From contig MU060965.1 in the NCBI GenBank assembly GCA_013265495.1, positions 744,001-808,000 on the forward strand: DNA of 64,000 nucleotides. The letters are read 5' to 3'. The position numbers and the translations under genes are program-made. Positions 11,701 to 23,700 of this stretch are shown here, one piece after another; the first letter of the stretch is position 1, and the number at the start of each line of letters is the position of its first letter. Under the pieces are notes generated by a model, which was not told where the DNA came from, searched no databases, and saw only the letters and a list, made by a program, of their open reading frames with translations. The DNA is from Vicugna vicugna. Taxonomy: Eukaryota.

Positions 11701-14700
11701 ACAACTGGGCAATAATCACGTGGGTGTGACGTGCAGGCACCGAGGGAAAAGGAAGCCCCGACCTAGACCCCAGAGAGGTGCGTCCAGCAGCCCCGGGCGG
11801 CGAGAGCCCTGGACTCAGCGGTCCTGAGACGCTGCGAGCTCACCAAACAGGGTGAAACAGTGTGAAAGGGTTAATGGTCAATTTCACGTTATTTGGATTT
11901 TAACTCAATTTTTAAACAAGCAGCTCTGCTTCTGGGGAACAACGTGACTACGGGGCAGCGAGACTGCGTGACTTGAGTCCGATACTCACGTTTTTCACTG
12001 CGTCAGCGTATTTCTGCTCATTGAAGAATTCATAAAATGCAGCCATGTAGGATTCCTTAAAACTGGCCTAAAATGAAACAGGTCACTTAACGATGCATGC
12101 AGGTCTCCTGGCCAAACGTGGAAACGCTGGAGGCACAGGTGAGGACCAGCCTCAGCTGCGGTGACTGAGCGGAAGACGCCGGGTGGCCCTGGGGGGCGCT
12201 GCCCTGGGGGTGAGCCCCCTCAAGCTGCGTCTCACCAGGCTACCTCCGCCGGGCCCTTGTGAGGTCTTGTGACGAGTGACTCAGCACCCGCCTCTGGGGT
12301 CACTTGTTCCCAGATGCAGGCACTGGGGTCTCTTCTGTGAGCCGGGGGTAGGGAGGGGCTTCCTAAAGTGGGGAGTCAGGGCACCAGCAGGAACCCGGGG
12401 AGGGGTCTCCAGCAGCCGCCCCCACGCTGCACCCATGTCCACTGTGTCCATATGAGGGCATTTCGCTCCCCTAGGTGTGAAAATGAGGTGGGTTCTGTGC
12501 TGATCTCAGCCCCGCCGGGAGCTTCCAGCCACCAAAAACTAGGACTGCCTGCCAGGGAGAGAGGCTGGAGCTCACGAGCCACCCTACCTCTTTATTTTCC
12601 CCAGATTCACAGAAAGCTGAGTGTTTGCTCGAAGGGCTTGTCTACAGGGATCGGACCTGGCCCCTCATGGCCCTGCACAGAGCAGGAGGAGGAGTTCAGG
12701 GCTGGGGGCTTCTGTGGTCTCGGCTCAGCCCTTTCCAGACGGAGCCTAGCGGGCCCCTCCATGCAGGAGCCAGGTGCAGGCTCCATCCCCGAGGACGTCC
12801 CCACCTGGACCTTGCACCACTGCCTGTCATGAGGTGCCCTTGAGTGACAGGGCAGGGGAGATACAGATTTGTTATCGAAGGGGTAAAATGTGCTGGGGGC
12901 CCAGGGAGGGCAGGGGCTGCCCCTGGCTGCGTGTGGATGAGCCATCGGTCACCTCCACTGATGTTCAAGCCCCACTTGGGCCACCAAGGGCTGAGGAGGC
13001 AAGGTCTGGGAATCCACACCCGGCAGTGGAAGTATTAGCCACCTAGAGTGACATCACCACCTACAGGTGACACCATCACATACAGTGACTCCACCTCCTA
13101 CAGTGATACCACCACCTTCAGGTGATGTCACCACCTGCAGATGACATCATCACATACAGTGACGTCACCTCCTACAGTGACACCAGCACCTACAGTGACG
13201 TCACCACCCATGGTGACGCCATTGCCTGCAGCGACGTCACCGCCTACAGTGACGTCATCACCTACAGGTGACATCATCACTCACAGTGATGTCCCCACCA
13301 CCTGCTGTCGTCCTTTTCCTCCCAAAGAGTGGTTTCACAGCCTCGGGTGGAAGGTGCTTGAGCAGGTGGGGCAGTTACGCTCCTGGTCATGCAACTCCTC
13401 CCTGTCCCCCCCCACCATGTGCCGAAAAGAGAACTAAAGTCAGTGACTCACAGACTTGGACTTGGACAGGCTGCCGAGGGTCTGGATGGTCTTCGAGACG
13501 AGAGTCAGCGTCCTGGACGTCTGCGGGTCCTGCCAGGGACGGGGCCGGGGACAGGCTTACAGACAAGGTGTGACCCAAAGGGCTGACAAAACGAAGGCTA
13601 TCCCCTAAAAGCTGCCCCAGCATGAGCGTCGTCCGCGAGTGAGCAGATGAACACGCGGACACTATATCTGGAGGTGCCTCCAGACCGTCCCCTGAAGATG
13701 CAGCCCCAGGCCCCAGACCCCGCGTCTCCTCACACGCAGCAGTGTGACAAGAGCTGCTCAGGCCAGTGCAGGGCATATCCTGCCGGCCACCTCCCCTGTC
13801 GGCGCTCCCGCGTGACCGGCCTGGGGCCTCCCTGACCCTGAGTGCAGGTCGCGGACTTACTTCAAACCCACAAAAGCAGGAGTGGGCCCGTTCCCCTCGA
13901 ATCCCTCAGCCTAGGCTTTCCGCTTGGCGCCTTCTGTGAAAGCTCGGAGCCCGGCTCAAGAAATATCTGCTGACTGACTGGAGGGACGGCTGGATACCCA
14001 GGAGGTTGTAGATCCCCCATCCTCCCAGGGGCAGGGTTAGTCACGTAACAGCCACAGTGACACCCCAGTCACCCCTTAATAGTTTTACCGACACATCGTA
14101 GATTAAAAAGTCTTGAAACCTGCTTGAGACTAAGGAGTCTAGGGTAGGCGGCACGTTCACAGCCCAGTCACTACGTGGTGCTGCCTCTGCCCTCACACGG
14201 CTCCACAGACCCTGCCCAAGCCACCTGCTGGGTCAGGAGGGCTGGATGGTCCAGGCCTGGCCGACCAGTTCCCATGGCCGGATGCTGACGTACCGTGTGG
14301 TGGGGCGTGAGCTGGAAGAGGTTGGGGGACAGGATGGCTGGAGCGAAGAATCTCAGGAAGATGAAGCTGCTGACGGCCGTGTACCTCACGTCCAGGTCAT
14401 CTGCGGCCAGGACAGGGAGAGGACAGCAGTGGGCCTTGGGCGGGGCGCCTGTGACCAGAGCCCCACTCCTCTGAGGGCCTCCCGGAGGTGAGGGCCAGCT
14501 TGCAGCCCCTGCCCCGCTCTGTCTCTGTCTCTGCTGCTAAAAGCTCAGCTCTGTCCAGCAGCTGGGCTGCGACAGACAGGACCGCTCACCAGCCCTGGTG
14601 CTGCGATGCCGAGATGGCTGGGTGGGTGGTTTGCCACAGCTGAGCAGGAGGGTATGACTTGTTCATCTCCTCTCAAAGGGGTCTGGGGCTCAGGTGTGCT

Positions 14701-17700
14701 GGGTAACTGCCCTCCCAGTGCCGGACGGAGCCTCACTCCCTGAAAGCAGGGCTCCTGTCCGTGGAGGGCCCAGTACAGGCCCCATTGCTGGAGAGGACGC
14801 AGTGCCCAGCAGGCGTGGGGCCTTCTGTCTGGCCTGTGGGGATCGCCCTGGGGGCTGCAGCACCACACACTGCGCTGACTCACGGCTCCCTGGGGAAGGG
14901 TGGGCAGGGTTGGGGCGGGGCCTCTTGGACCAGGCAGGGCACCAAATGGCACTGCCCTCTCCTCGGCCTGGGAAGCCTGGCCCAGGCCGTGCTGGCACGC
15001 CACGTGCAGGCCCTCAGGGAATCTGACGCCCGCCTCCGGGGCAGGACCCTGCTTTGCCCCCGCAGAGGTCTGTACAGGGTGGCTCCTGGCAGCCCCCTGA
15101 GGAACCAGCATAACGGAAAAGGAGACTCTCCTTTGGGTTCCCTCCCGACCCAGTGACACAAAGGGCTCATCCTGTCTTTCTGGAAAATGCAGCAAAGCAG
15201 AGTCCAAGGACACTGGGTGCTGAGCTGAAAGGTGGCTTCTCTTGCTGCAAAGGCCCGAATGAAACACTGCGACACAGCGCGGCCCTAGCTCACACAGGGG
15301 TGAGCGCAGACGGGGGAGCCCTGGCAGCCCAGGGCACTTACCTTGGAAGCGCTTGGCGGCTGCCTCTCGCAGGGAGAAGAAAATGTCACACATGACAGTG
15401 GGGCAGCTCACCCCCGACTTGGTAATGACGTTGAAGATGCGGTCAACATACTGCCGCAGGTTCTCCTGTAATGGGGGGGCGGGGTGATGAGCGCTGCCTG
15501 CACCCGGCCCTCCCTCGGCTGACCCGCTGGCTGCTCAGAGCCCCCCACCACTGCGGAGAGGTAAGGGCAGAAGAAGGGGAGGGGACAAGGGAGGGGAGAG
15601 GGCAGGAGAGGAGAGAAGGCAGGAGAGGGGAGGAGGCNNNNNNNNNNNNNNNNNNNNNNNNNNNNNNNNNNNNNNNNNNNNNNNNNNNNNNNNNNNNNNN
15701 NNNNNNNNNNNNNNNNNNNNNNNNNNNNNNNNNNNNNNNNNNNNNNNNNNNNNNNNNNNNNNNNNNNNNNNNNNNNNNNNNNNNNNNNNNNNNNNNNNNN
15801 NNNNNNNNNCAGGAGAGGGGAGGAGGCAGGGGAGTGGGAGGGGTCAGGGGGGGGGAGAGGGAGGGGAGGGGACGGGAGGGGAAGGGAGGGGGAGGGTTGA
15901 CTCCCGGTCACAGGGAAGGACCCGGGTGCTGGCCAGTCACAGTGACTCATGGAAACAACTAGAGATGAGGGGGCATGTTGCGTTTCCTCCGCCCTGCCCC
16001 CCCATCAGCCTTCATGAAGAAGCCACATGGAAAGATTAAACAAGGATTCTGCTCTTTTAAAAAGTGGGCCAGAGCTCTGGGAGCAGCAGGAGGCGGCCCA
16101 GGTGGGGACCCATGCTTGCTGAGGTGAGGAGCCGGCTCCACCCCACAGGGGAGCTCCCGGCTCTTTGGGGAGCACGAGGGTGCAGAGCGGGTTAGCAGCA
16201 AAGTGGAGGCAGACGAGGTGGCAGCTGGGCGGTGAGGCTGTCCCTGAACATCTGCCCTCACCCGCCCTCCTGCTGGGCCCCATCCCTCCGGCCTCACCAT
16301 GTTGCTCTCCAGGCTTTCATGTTCCTTCAGCCGCACGGGGTCAATCTCACAGGACTTGTGACTCTGACAAATCTGCAAAGAGCATTCACAACCCAGAGAG
16401 TGTGAGCCCACTGCAGAGCGCCAGCGGGTGGACAGCCCCGCGGACATCGCAGTGGGTCCAGAACAGCCACCACGTGACGGACGCCGCAAGGAGCACGTGG
16501 GGTCGTGGCCAGGACACTGAGGGGTGCGAGGCCTCAGGCCCTGGGGGAACAGCCTTTCCTAAGACTGTTCTGCATGAGATCAGGTTCACCAAGTTTAGTA
16601 ATGTTCTCACTTTAAAGTTCTGCCCGGATTTGGCACAGAGGTCAAACCAGAACCATATCCTCAATGGTCTCTCATTGCTTTTGCGACACTTCTGGGGATG
16701 CGCTGCCTACACTGGCGTCCCCGGCGGGCGGTGTGAGAGAAGCTGTCCTCTGGAGGGGAGGCCAGTCACTCCTCCCTGGTTGTCTGACCACCGGTGGGAG
16801 ACAGCAGAGGCCATCTCCGCCCACCTGGCGAACTTGGGCGGGGGGTGTCCTCTGAAGGACGGGTTTTCTCTCCCATGTCCTTCTATCTTAGCAGAAACAT
16901 GAGCTTTCTTAAGTGTTTGTCTGATTTGAGAAAACGTGGAAGGATCTGGGACTCACTGGCAGGTCCCCAGGGGCGGCCGGGGAGAAGCTGACGGGGAAGT
17001 AGGGTCTGCGGGCTCCGGGCCCTGTCCCCCCGCCTTGCCCTCACCTCCTCAATGGTGGGCTTGAGGGTGTCATGCAGGTACTGCATCCCTGCCAGCTTCA
17101 TCGTCTCGTCGATGCACTTGGATGTCAGTGAGTTTCCTCGGAAAATGGTGTTGGGGTCCCTGCACAACAGTCACCAGTAGCGAGGTGTCCCAGGCAGAGG
17201 CTGCCCTGACCGACGCCTCACAGCTGGGAGTCCTGAGCTGGGCTCGCCTGCCTGTGCAATGAACCCATCCACCGCCAAAGGCCAACACACCCACGGCCAC
17301 CACCAACGGGCGCCTCCTCGTTCTGCGCTTTGAGGGCCCTTCTGCTCCTCTGGGTCTAGGTCAGCACAGGAGGTCACAGGGCACCCTCCACCAGGGCACA
17401 CTCCACATCCTTCTGTTCTGACGGTCCCAGGGCGCCCCGCCCCAGCAGAACCCGCCTCCCTGGAATGGCCACAGGCCCTGGAGCCAAGGCAGCCCGGCCT
17501 CTGCCGTGGGCTTGAGGTGGGCTTAAGACTGATTCGCAGCTCCCACCTCAGGCACCGAACCCCTCGGGGCAACGGGTGCTCCTCACCCCTTCCTGCCTTG
17601 AGGCCTGGGGTTTCCAGAGAAAAAGCACATCTTTGAAATGGGGAGTGGGGAGTGTATCTCTGGAGGAAACCTGTCCCCGGGAATCCTCCAGCGCCTGGCC

Positions 17701-20700
17701 CCCTGCCCTGCCCCTCACCGGACTCAGGCCTGACCCGGGGCCACACTCACTGGGTCCGCCGGACCTCGGCGCTGGCGATAGCGCAGATGAAAGGCACCAC
17801 CCGGCCATAGTGCAGGAGGAGCCGCACCAGCGGGACTGCCGCCTCCTGCTTCTCCCTGCACACCTCGCCCAGGATGTGGGCTGCAGACGCCGAGACGGGC
17901 TGGGGAGACAGCGGGTGAAGGAGGGTGAAGGAGCCCAGACCCGCGCAGCCCACTAGCTCGGTGGTCCCTCCCATCAAAGTGAATGTGCTCTTAGTTGAGG
18001 CAGAAAAACACATCTTTCATGAAAACCCCCATCAAAACCTCCAATCTACACACGTGCTCCGGGTGGGCCTGCTGGGCCTGTGCCTCCCCTGCGCCCCCAC
18101 GTCCAGCACCAGGGCCGGCGAGCAGAGGACTCATGACCTTGGGGTCCCCGTCAAACTAAGGGTAAGTCGCCAGCCATGCTGGGCTACCCCCAGCTCTGGA
18201 CGCAGTGGGTGTGAGGGCTCCCAGCCCAGCAAAGGGGGCGCAGCTGGCCCTGAGCACGGGGGCAGGGCCCTGGGGCGTGCCGCACACGCAGTACCTCCAC
18301 GTCCGCAGACCTCAACAGCAGGTCCCGCAGCGGGCCGTAGTAGTCGGAGGAGAAGACGTGGTCTTCTGTGTAGACCACGTTCAGCCGCAGAGACCCCAGG
18401 TCCCCCGGCTTCAGGCTCTTACTGCCATTGTCTCGGGGCTGAAGGAAGTACCTGGCACAGGACAAGGGGACGAGGCAGCGTGAGGCAGCCACACCCTCCA
18501 GGGGCTAGTTCCCTCCAGGGTCAGTCCACACCCTGCTCCATGTGGTCCTCCAGCCTCCGGTGGTGTAGATTCTGAGGAGAGGGGCTCTGGGAGATTCTGC
18601 AGGACACCCCCTGCAGGGTATGTGCACCTGGGGGGGTCTCCCACCTGACACCCCCTGCCGGGTCTGTGCGCCTGGGGGGGGTCTCCCACCTGACACCCCC
18701 TGCCGGGTCTGTGCACCTGGGGGGGGTCTCCCACCTGACGCACCCTGCAGGGTCTGTGCGCCTGGGGGGGGGTCTCCCACCTGACATCCCCCTGCAGGTT
18801 CTGTGCACCTGGGGGGGTCTCCCACCTGACACCCCCTGCCGGGTCTGTGCACCTGGGGGGGGTCTCCCACCTGACACCCCCTGCTGGGTCTGTGCACCTG
18901 GGGGGGGTCTCCCACCTGACACCCCCTGCTGGGTCTGTGCACCTGGGGGGGGGTCTCCCACCTGACGCACCCTGCAGGGTCTGTGCAGGCGGCCCTGCAT
19001 GGGATGTTTGTTATCAGGCTGACCACAGAGCCTCAGACTCAGGTGGAGGTGGGAAAGTGGAACAGTGGCAGGGACAGGCAGCCTGAGAGGGGTGAGCCGT
19101 GAGCAGCTTAGGAGGACGCCGGGGTAATTTACTCGTGAAGGTGAACACCCAGCAGCTGCCTGTGATGAGCAGAGCCTAGATGAAACGACTCTCACAAACA
19201 TGTGGTAGAGCTCCTGACGTCAGAGGGGACGGTGAGCTTGTGCTGCTGGCTGGGCAGAGCCCGGGCACGTAGTCACCTCGCTGTGCTCCTGACCAGACAC
19301 CCTTTCTCTTCCGCTCACCTGGGAGGCCCTGCAGGCACCCTGTCTACTCTGAGCGCACGGCCAGGTGGCCTGAGGTGCAACGTGGGCAGAGTGTGTCTGG
19401 CTGAGGCACCGACCTCCTGGGACTCAGGTCACATCTCTGTCTTGAGGCCACGGCCATCAGCCCAGCAGGGCCTCCTGCGGTCCAGCCCTGCTGGGCCCCA
19501 GGCTTAACGTCTGCACAGAACTGAATCACCAGTTCCGGTTCCTGGTGGCGGGACGCCCCTTGGGGCACAAGCAAACCAGTATCACAGAGAGAGCCTGCAG
19601 GTATGCAGGGCTCCGAGTGTGCTGTGCCATGTGTGTGCCGTGTGTGTGCCGTGTGTGGCGTGTGACCCGCACCCCCTCCCACCTGAGTCTGTTAAAGGAG
19701 ATGTGGGAAGTGAGGCCGTGGCGACCAAGGTGTCTGAGGCGCCTCGCACTGGCGTTTCCTCCCTGTGATGCCATGTGACCTATGAACTACTGTCACAGGA
19801 AGCCAAGGTGCCACAGGGACAAGAAGGGACACGGGGAGCAGAAACCTGGCCCCCAGGACGCATGGGGGTGGCCGAGACCCCAGTCGGGCATAAGTGGACA
19901 TTCGTCTGAAACCGGCAGGCCTGCGCCCTGCACCAGGGCACCTCCAGAGACGGAGGGTCCAGAGTGCAGTGGGAGGGGCGGGGGGCAGAGCAGGCGCGGC
20001 CCCCTCAGTGACCCGCCAGGGGACTCTGCCTGAGGCTCAGCCACCACCCTTCAGATGCTTGCTCAGCGTGGCCCCCCATCCTCTGAGCCCCGTGCGGACG
20101 GGAGTGGGAGGCCCCCCATGCCCTCACCAGGCCTCGTAGGGGCTACACTGCCGCAGCACTTTGAGTGGGATCCGCAGCTCTCCCAGAAACTCGTCCCCGA
20201 ACTTCAAGTTGCTGGCGTTCCAGAGGTCCACCCTGGAAAACACCAGTCATACGGGCCTCTTAGTGGGAGGCCGGAAGGGGCAGGGGGTCCCTGCACCCCT
20301 GCTCTCTCTGCAGAGAACCCAGAGCTTTTGGTCCCCCACTGGGGCACAGCCGGCGTATGAGGTCCCCCCGCCCTCGTGTCAGGCGGGGCAGGAGGGGCTG
20401 CAGGGTGCTGAGGCCATCAGCGTCCGTGTCCTGCACCCGGGAGGCCTGGTGGAGCAGGACCACGGCCCCGGGGGGCACGGTGCCCTCGGCCTGCAGGACT
20501 CGACGCAGGGTGAACAAGGACTGGCTCCCCTGGGCACGTGCAGAGAACGGCGCCGCCAGGGATGGGCCAGGCTGCCCACCTCACGGCCAGGACGCCCCAC
20601 GTCCATCATAGGAGGACATGTGGTGTCCCTGACGCCTCTCCCTCCACCTGCACTTGGTCCCTGCACCTGCCAACCTCGTGACCCGCCTGTGTGATCGCGG

Positions 20701-23700
20701 CTGGGAGGCTGACGGGGCGGCCACGTCTCGGTTGCCCCGTGTGGAGAGCCCATGCCCTCCTGCTGAGTGTCCTGACCCTCACTCAGCCTCTTCCCTCGGA
20801 CAGAATGCTCACTGCTCCCTTCAGTTTGGGGCTGTATGTGCATGACAGACGGGCGGCATTCCCGTGTTAACATTGCGCACACCCCACAGGCTGTAATTTA
20901 ACCCCTGGTCACTCAGGACTGAAGACCTGAGACCAGCTCGACCACACTGGCGTGTCATGGGGGAATTCCAGGAGATGATACCACCCTTCTTCCCTGCCAG
21001 GCTGAGCGCAGCAGCAGTCTGGGCGAGGGGGACTCAGGGGACGCATGTCCCACATCACAGCACCTTCCAAACAAAGGAAACAGAGACTGACCCTCCAGGC
21101 GGCATCTCAGCGATGAGACAAACCAGCCACCAGGCTGCCTCGTTTCACAGATATTCTCAGTTCACAGACACACCTAGGACGTCCCTTGAATTCAGAGCCC
21201 AGTCCTTCAGAAGCACTCCTTTCTCTGGGCGAAGGGCAGGGCTGGTGTCCAGGGAGCAGCTGGGGCACAGCACGCTTAGAACGAGGCCTGAGGCCTGGAC
21301 TTGCCTGGACACAGCACTTGGGGTCACTCTGCTTCTGGTTTACATTTTGAAATGGAAGACTGAAACTGACTGGAAACACTCAGGACGCGGCTCAAACCGA
21401 GACGTGTGTACAAAGGCCCGTGGAGGTGGAGGGACCCGCAAAGGGGAGGGAAGAGCCTCGGCCGACCCTGCACCTGCTGGTCGCCCCCCGCGCCCAGAAC
21501 CCCACTCCAGGGCCTGGTCACTGCTCAGAGCCAGGTTTTTGGGAGGAACCCAGAGTCCGCCCCCAACTGAATGCCCACGGTGCTTCCAGGGAACCTCAGG
21601 TGCCTCAGGAAAGCAATTTTCAACCACGTCAAGACTGGAGAGTCCCTCCGGTTCTTGGGGACGGGGCCGGTTAGGCTTCACTGTGGCCAGCCCCCCACTG
21701 TGACTCGGGTCTCCCACCCTAGTGGGGGCTACTACTCAGGGCTGCGTGGCCTTCAAGTGGACGCTGCGACCCTCGACCTCTAGGGTGACGTGTGCAGGCT
21801 GCACACCGACCTCCCTGCGAGGCTAGAGCGGCAGGACCCCGTGCCAGGTCAGGCCGCGCCCGCCTGAGGGGCAGGAAGCCTTGGCCTCCAAAGGTGCCGC
21901 GGAGCCGACCATAAAGCCTGGGCTGCCCATCCAGCCGCCTCCCAGCGACCTGGGGAGTTCCCGGCTCTAACTTCCAGCACTCCAGTGTTAAAGTAACAGA
22001 GAAAGAGGAACCCCTCTCTCTGCACCCCCACCATGTCAGGACAAAACAAAGGCAGGCGGGAGGTGCGATGGGCGGGGTGCAGCCGCCAGCAGGGACCTGC
22101 CCGCACACGCGCTCACCGGATCTCAAGCTTGTCCACGTCCTCCTCCTCGAAGTCGAAGTGGGACTTGCGGCTGTAGCTGCAGGGTCGGGTCACCTGGGGG
22201 CGGGGGGACAGCGCTGGGCCTGCCGCCCACTCACACCCACACTCCGTCCTGCATGCACACCCTGCCTCTGGGGACCCACTCGGCTGGAGTCTTGTGGCCC
22301 AGCTGCAAAGGGACCGTCCAGGGACAGAGGCGGCTCTTCACCTCAGCCTCGGGTCCTCCCTCCACACCCTCTCCAGGGCTACCAGACGGGGAGATTGCAG
22401 CCCCCGCACCTGAGAGACGTGGGGGCCAAGAACAGTGGGGAAAGGCCCAGGTCCTCTGCTGGCCCTAACGCACCCTTCACCTCATTTCCCAAAACTCCGC
22501 CTTCTGGCCCCAGCCTCACTACACCTAGACAGACCCCCGCAGCCTGGTGCTCCACACGCCCGCTGGGCCTGCAGACTCCCGGGGAAGCCCTGCCCGCGGC
22601 CCGCTGCCCGCCTGGGACAGGGCGCCTGGGACAAGCTCGGGGCCTCTGGGCCTTCTTCCTGCTGTCCTGCCCTGGGCGCGCCGTCCGACCTGTCCGGGGG
22701 ACCCATATTCTGAGAGCTCCAGGGGTGTCTTGTCTGCCTGCAGCTGCTCTTTTGCATCAAGACCTCACTATTTCTGGGGAAACAAGCCCCCTCCCGGCTC
22801 AGGGAAGAGGCAGAAGACACAAAGCCCCAACCTAACAAACGGTAAACCCCCAAAGGCTCGATAACTTGGAAAGTATTAATTTGTCAGCATTCAACTGAAA
22901 ACTGGGTTCTGCTGGAAGCAACAAGTGGCCTTTCTTCCAGGGAAATCAGAGCTGCAGGCTGGAGGGGGTCTCCCGTGTGCCAGATGGAACTCTTGGAAGG
23001 GCGTGCTGGAGGCCTTCGGACCCAGATTCTGCCAGACTCTGCCAGACTCTGGGGGTGGGTTCAATCACACCGGCCCCCAAACACCAACCTCAAAGTAAAA
23101 CACTTCGTCGAACTGGGGGTTGTTGGTCTTCTTTTTCACTTTTGTCTTCTTTGCTTCCGACCTGCAGTCGTGGGAGGAAGGATTAGGGTGGAAACAGCAT
23201 GGCTGACACTAAACCTGCCAGCCTGAGGTGAGCCACCAAGTGCGTGAGCAACGCATCTCCGAAGGTTCCTGTTTGTCTCTGAGCCCAGATGGTATGCAAA
23301 CCAGGAACCTCTACTGAGCCAAAAATACTCGCTGTGAAGAACACAAGGTTTCTTTCTCAGGAAGCAACTTCGGGGCAACAAAGGACACAAAATCCTCCAT
23401 GTCTGGGCTCCCCACGCCCCCACTGAACGACCCTCATCGCCTCCCATGCCCACGCCCTCCCCCGGCCACACTTGCCTGTACGGTCCTGCCAGTGTCACCG
23501 TGGCGTAGGGGTCACACTGCCCGTTCACGATGGGGAGGCCCTGGCACTCAAGGATCCTGAGGAGAGAGGTGGGAAGGGTCAGCAGGGGACAGGAGGCCCA
23601 CAGCCACCTCCCAAGACTGCCCCAGGGTCCGAGCTGTCAGCTGTCTCAGCAGCTTCGAGCCAAGAGCCACGCGTGGGCAGCGAGCTGACCGTCCCTGCCC

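Noticed and set aside
13141-13437. Mucin-like ORF (TVTSPP repeats)
   Set aside because: It is the translation of the 18-bp minisatellite, antisense within intron 16, with no splice or promoter support.
9747-13452. AP-1 heptamers at the donors of exons 20 and 16
   Set aside because: They are a by-product of GTGAGTCA donor sequences, so they give no independent evidence of enhancer function.
17069-17071. Val-to-Asp change in the GAP domain (YLHDTL versus recalled YLHVTL)
   Set aside because: As recalled, acidic residues occupy this position in related GAPs (SynGAP/DAB2IP YL-x-D, RASAL1 YLHE), so it is probably surface-exposed and tolerated. The arginine finger and FLR motif are intact.
18411-19201. 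Long repetitive ORFs in several frames, and a superficial CRISPR-like periodicity
   Set aside because: The 45-bp unit is a multiple of 3 and lacks stops. Units are contiguous with no unique spacers, there are no cas genes, and the host is a mammal.
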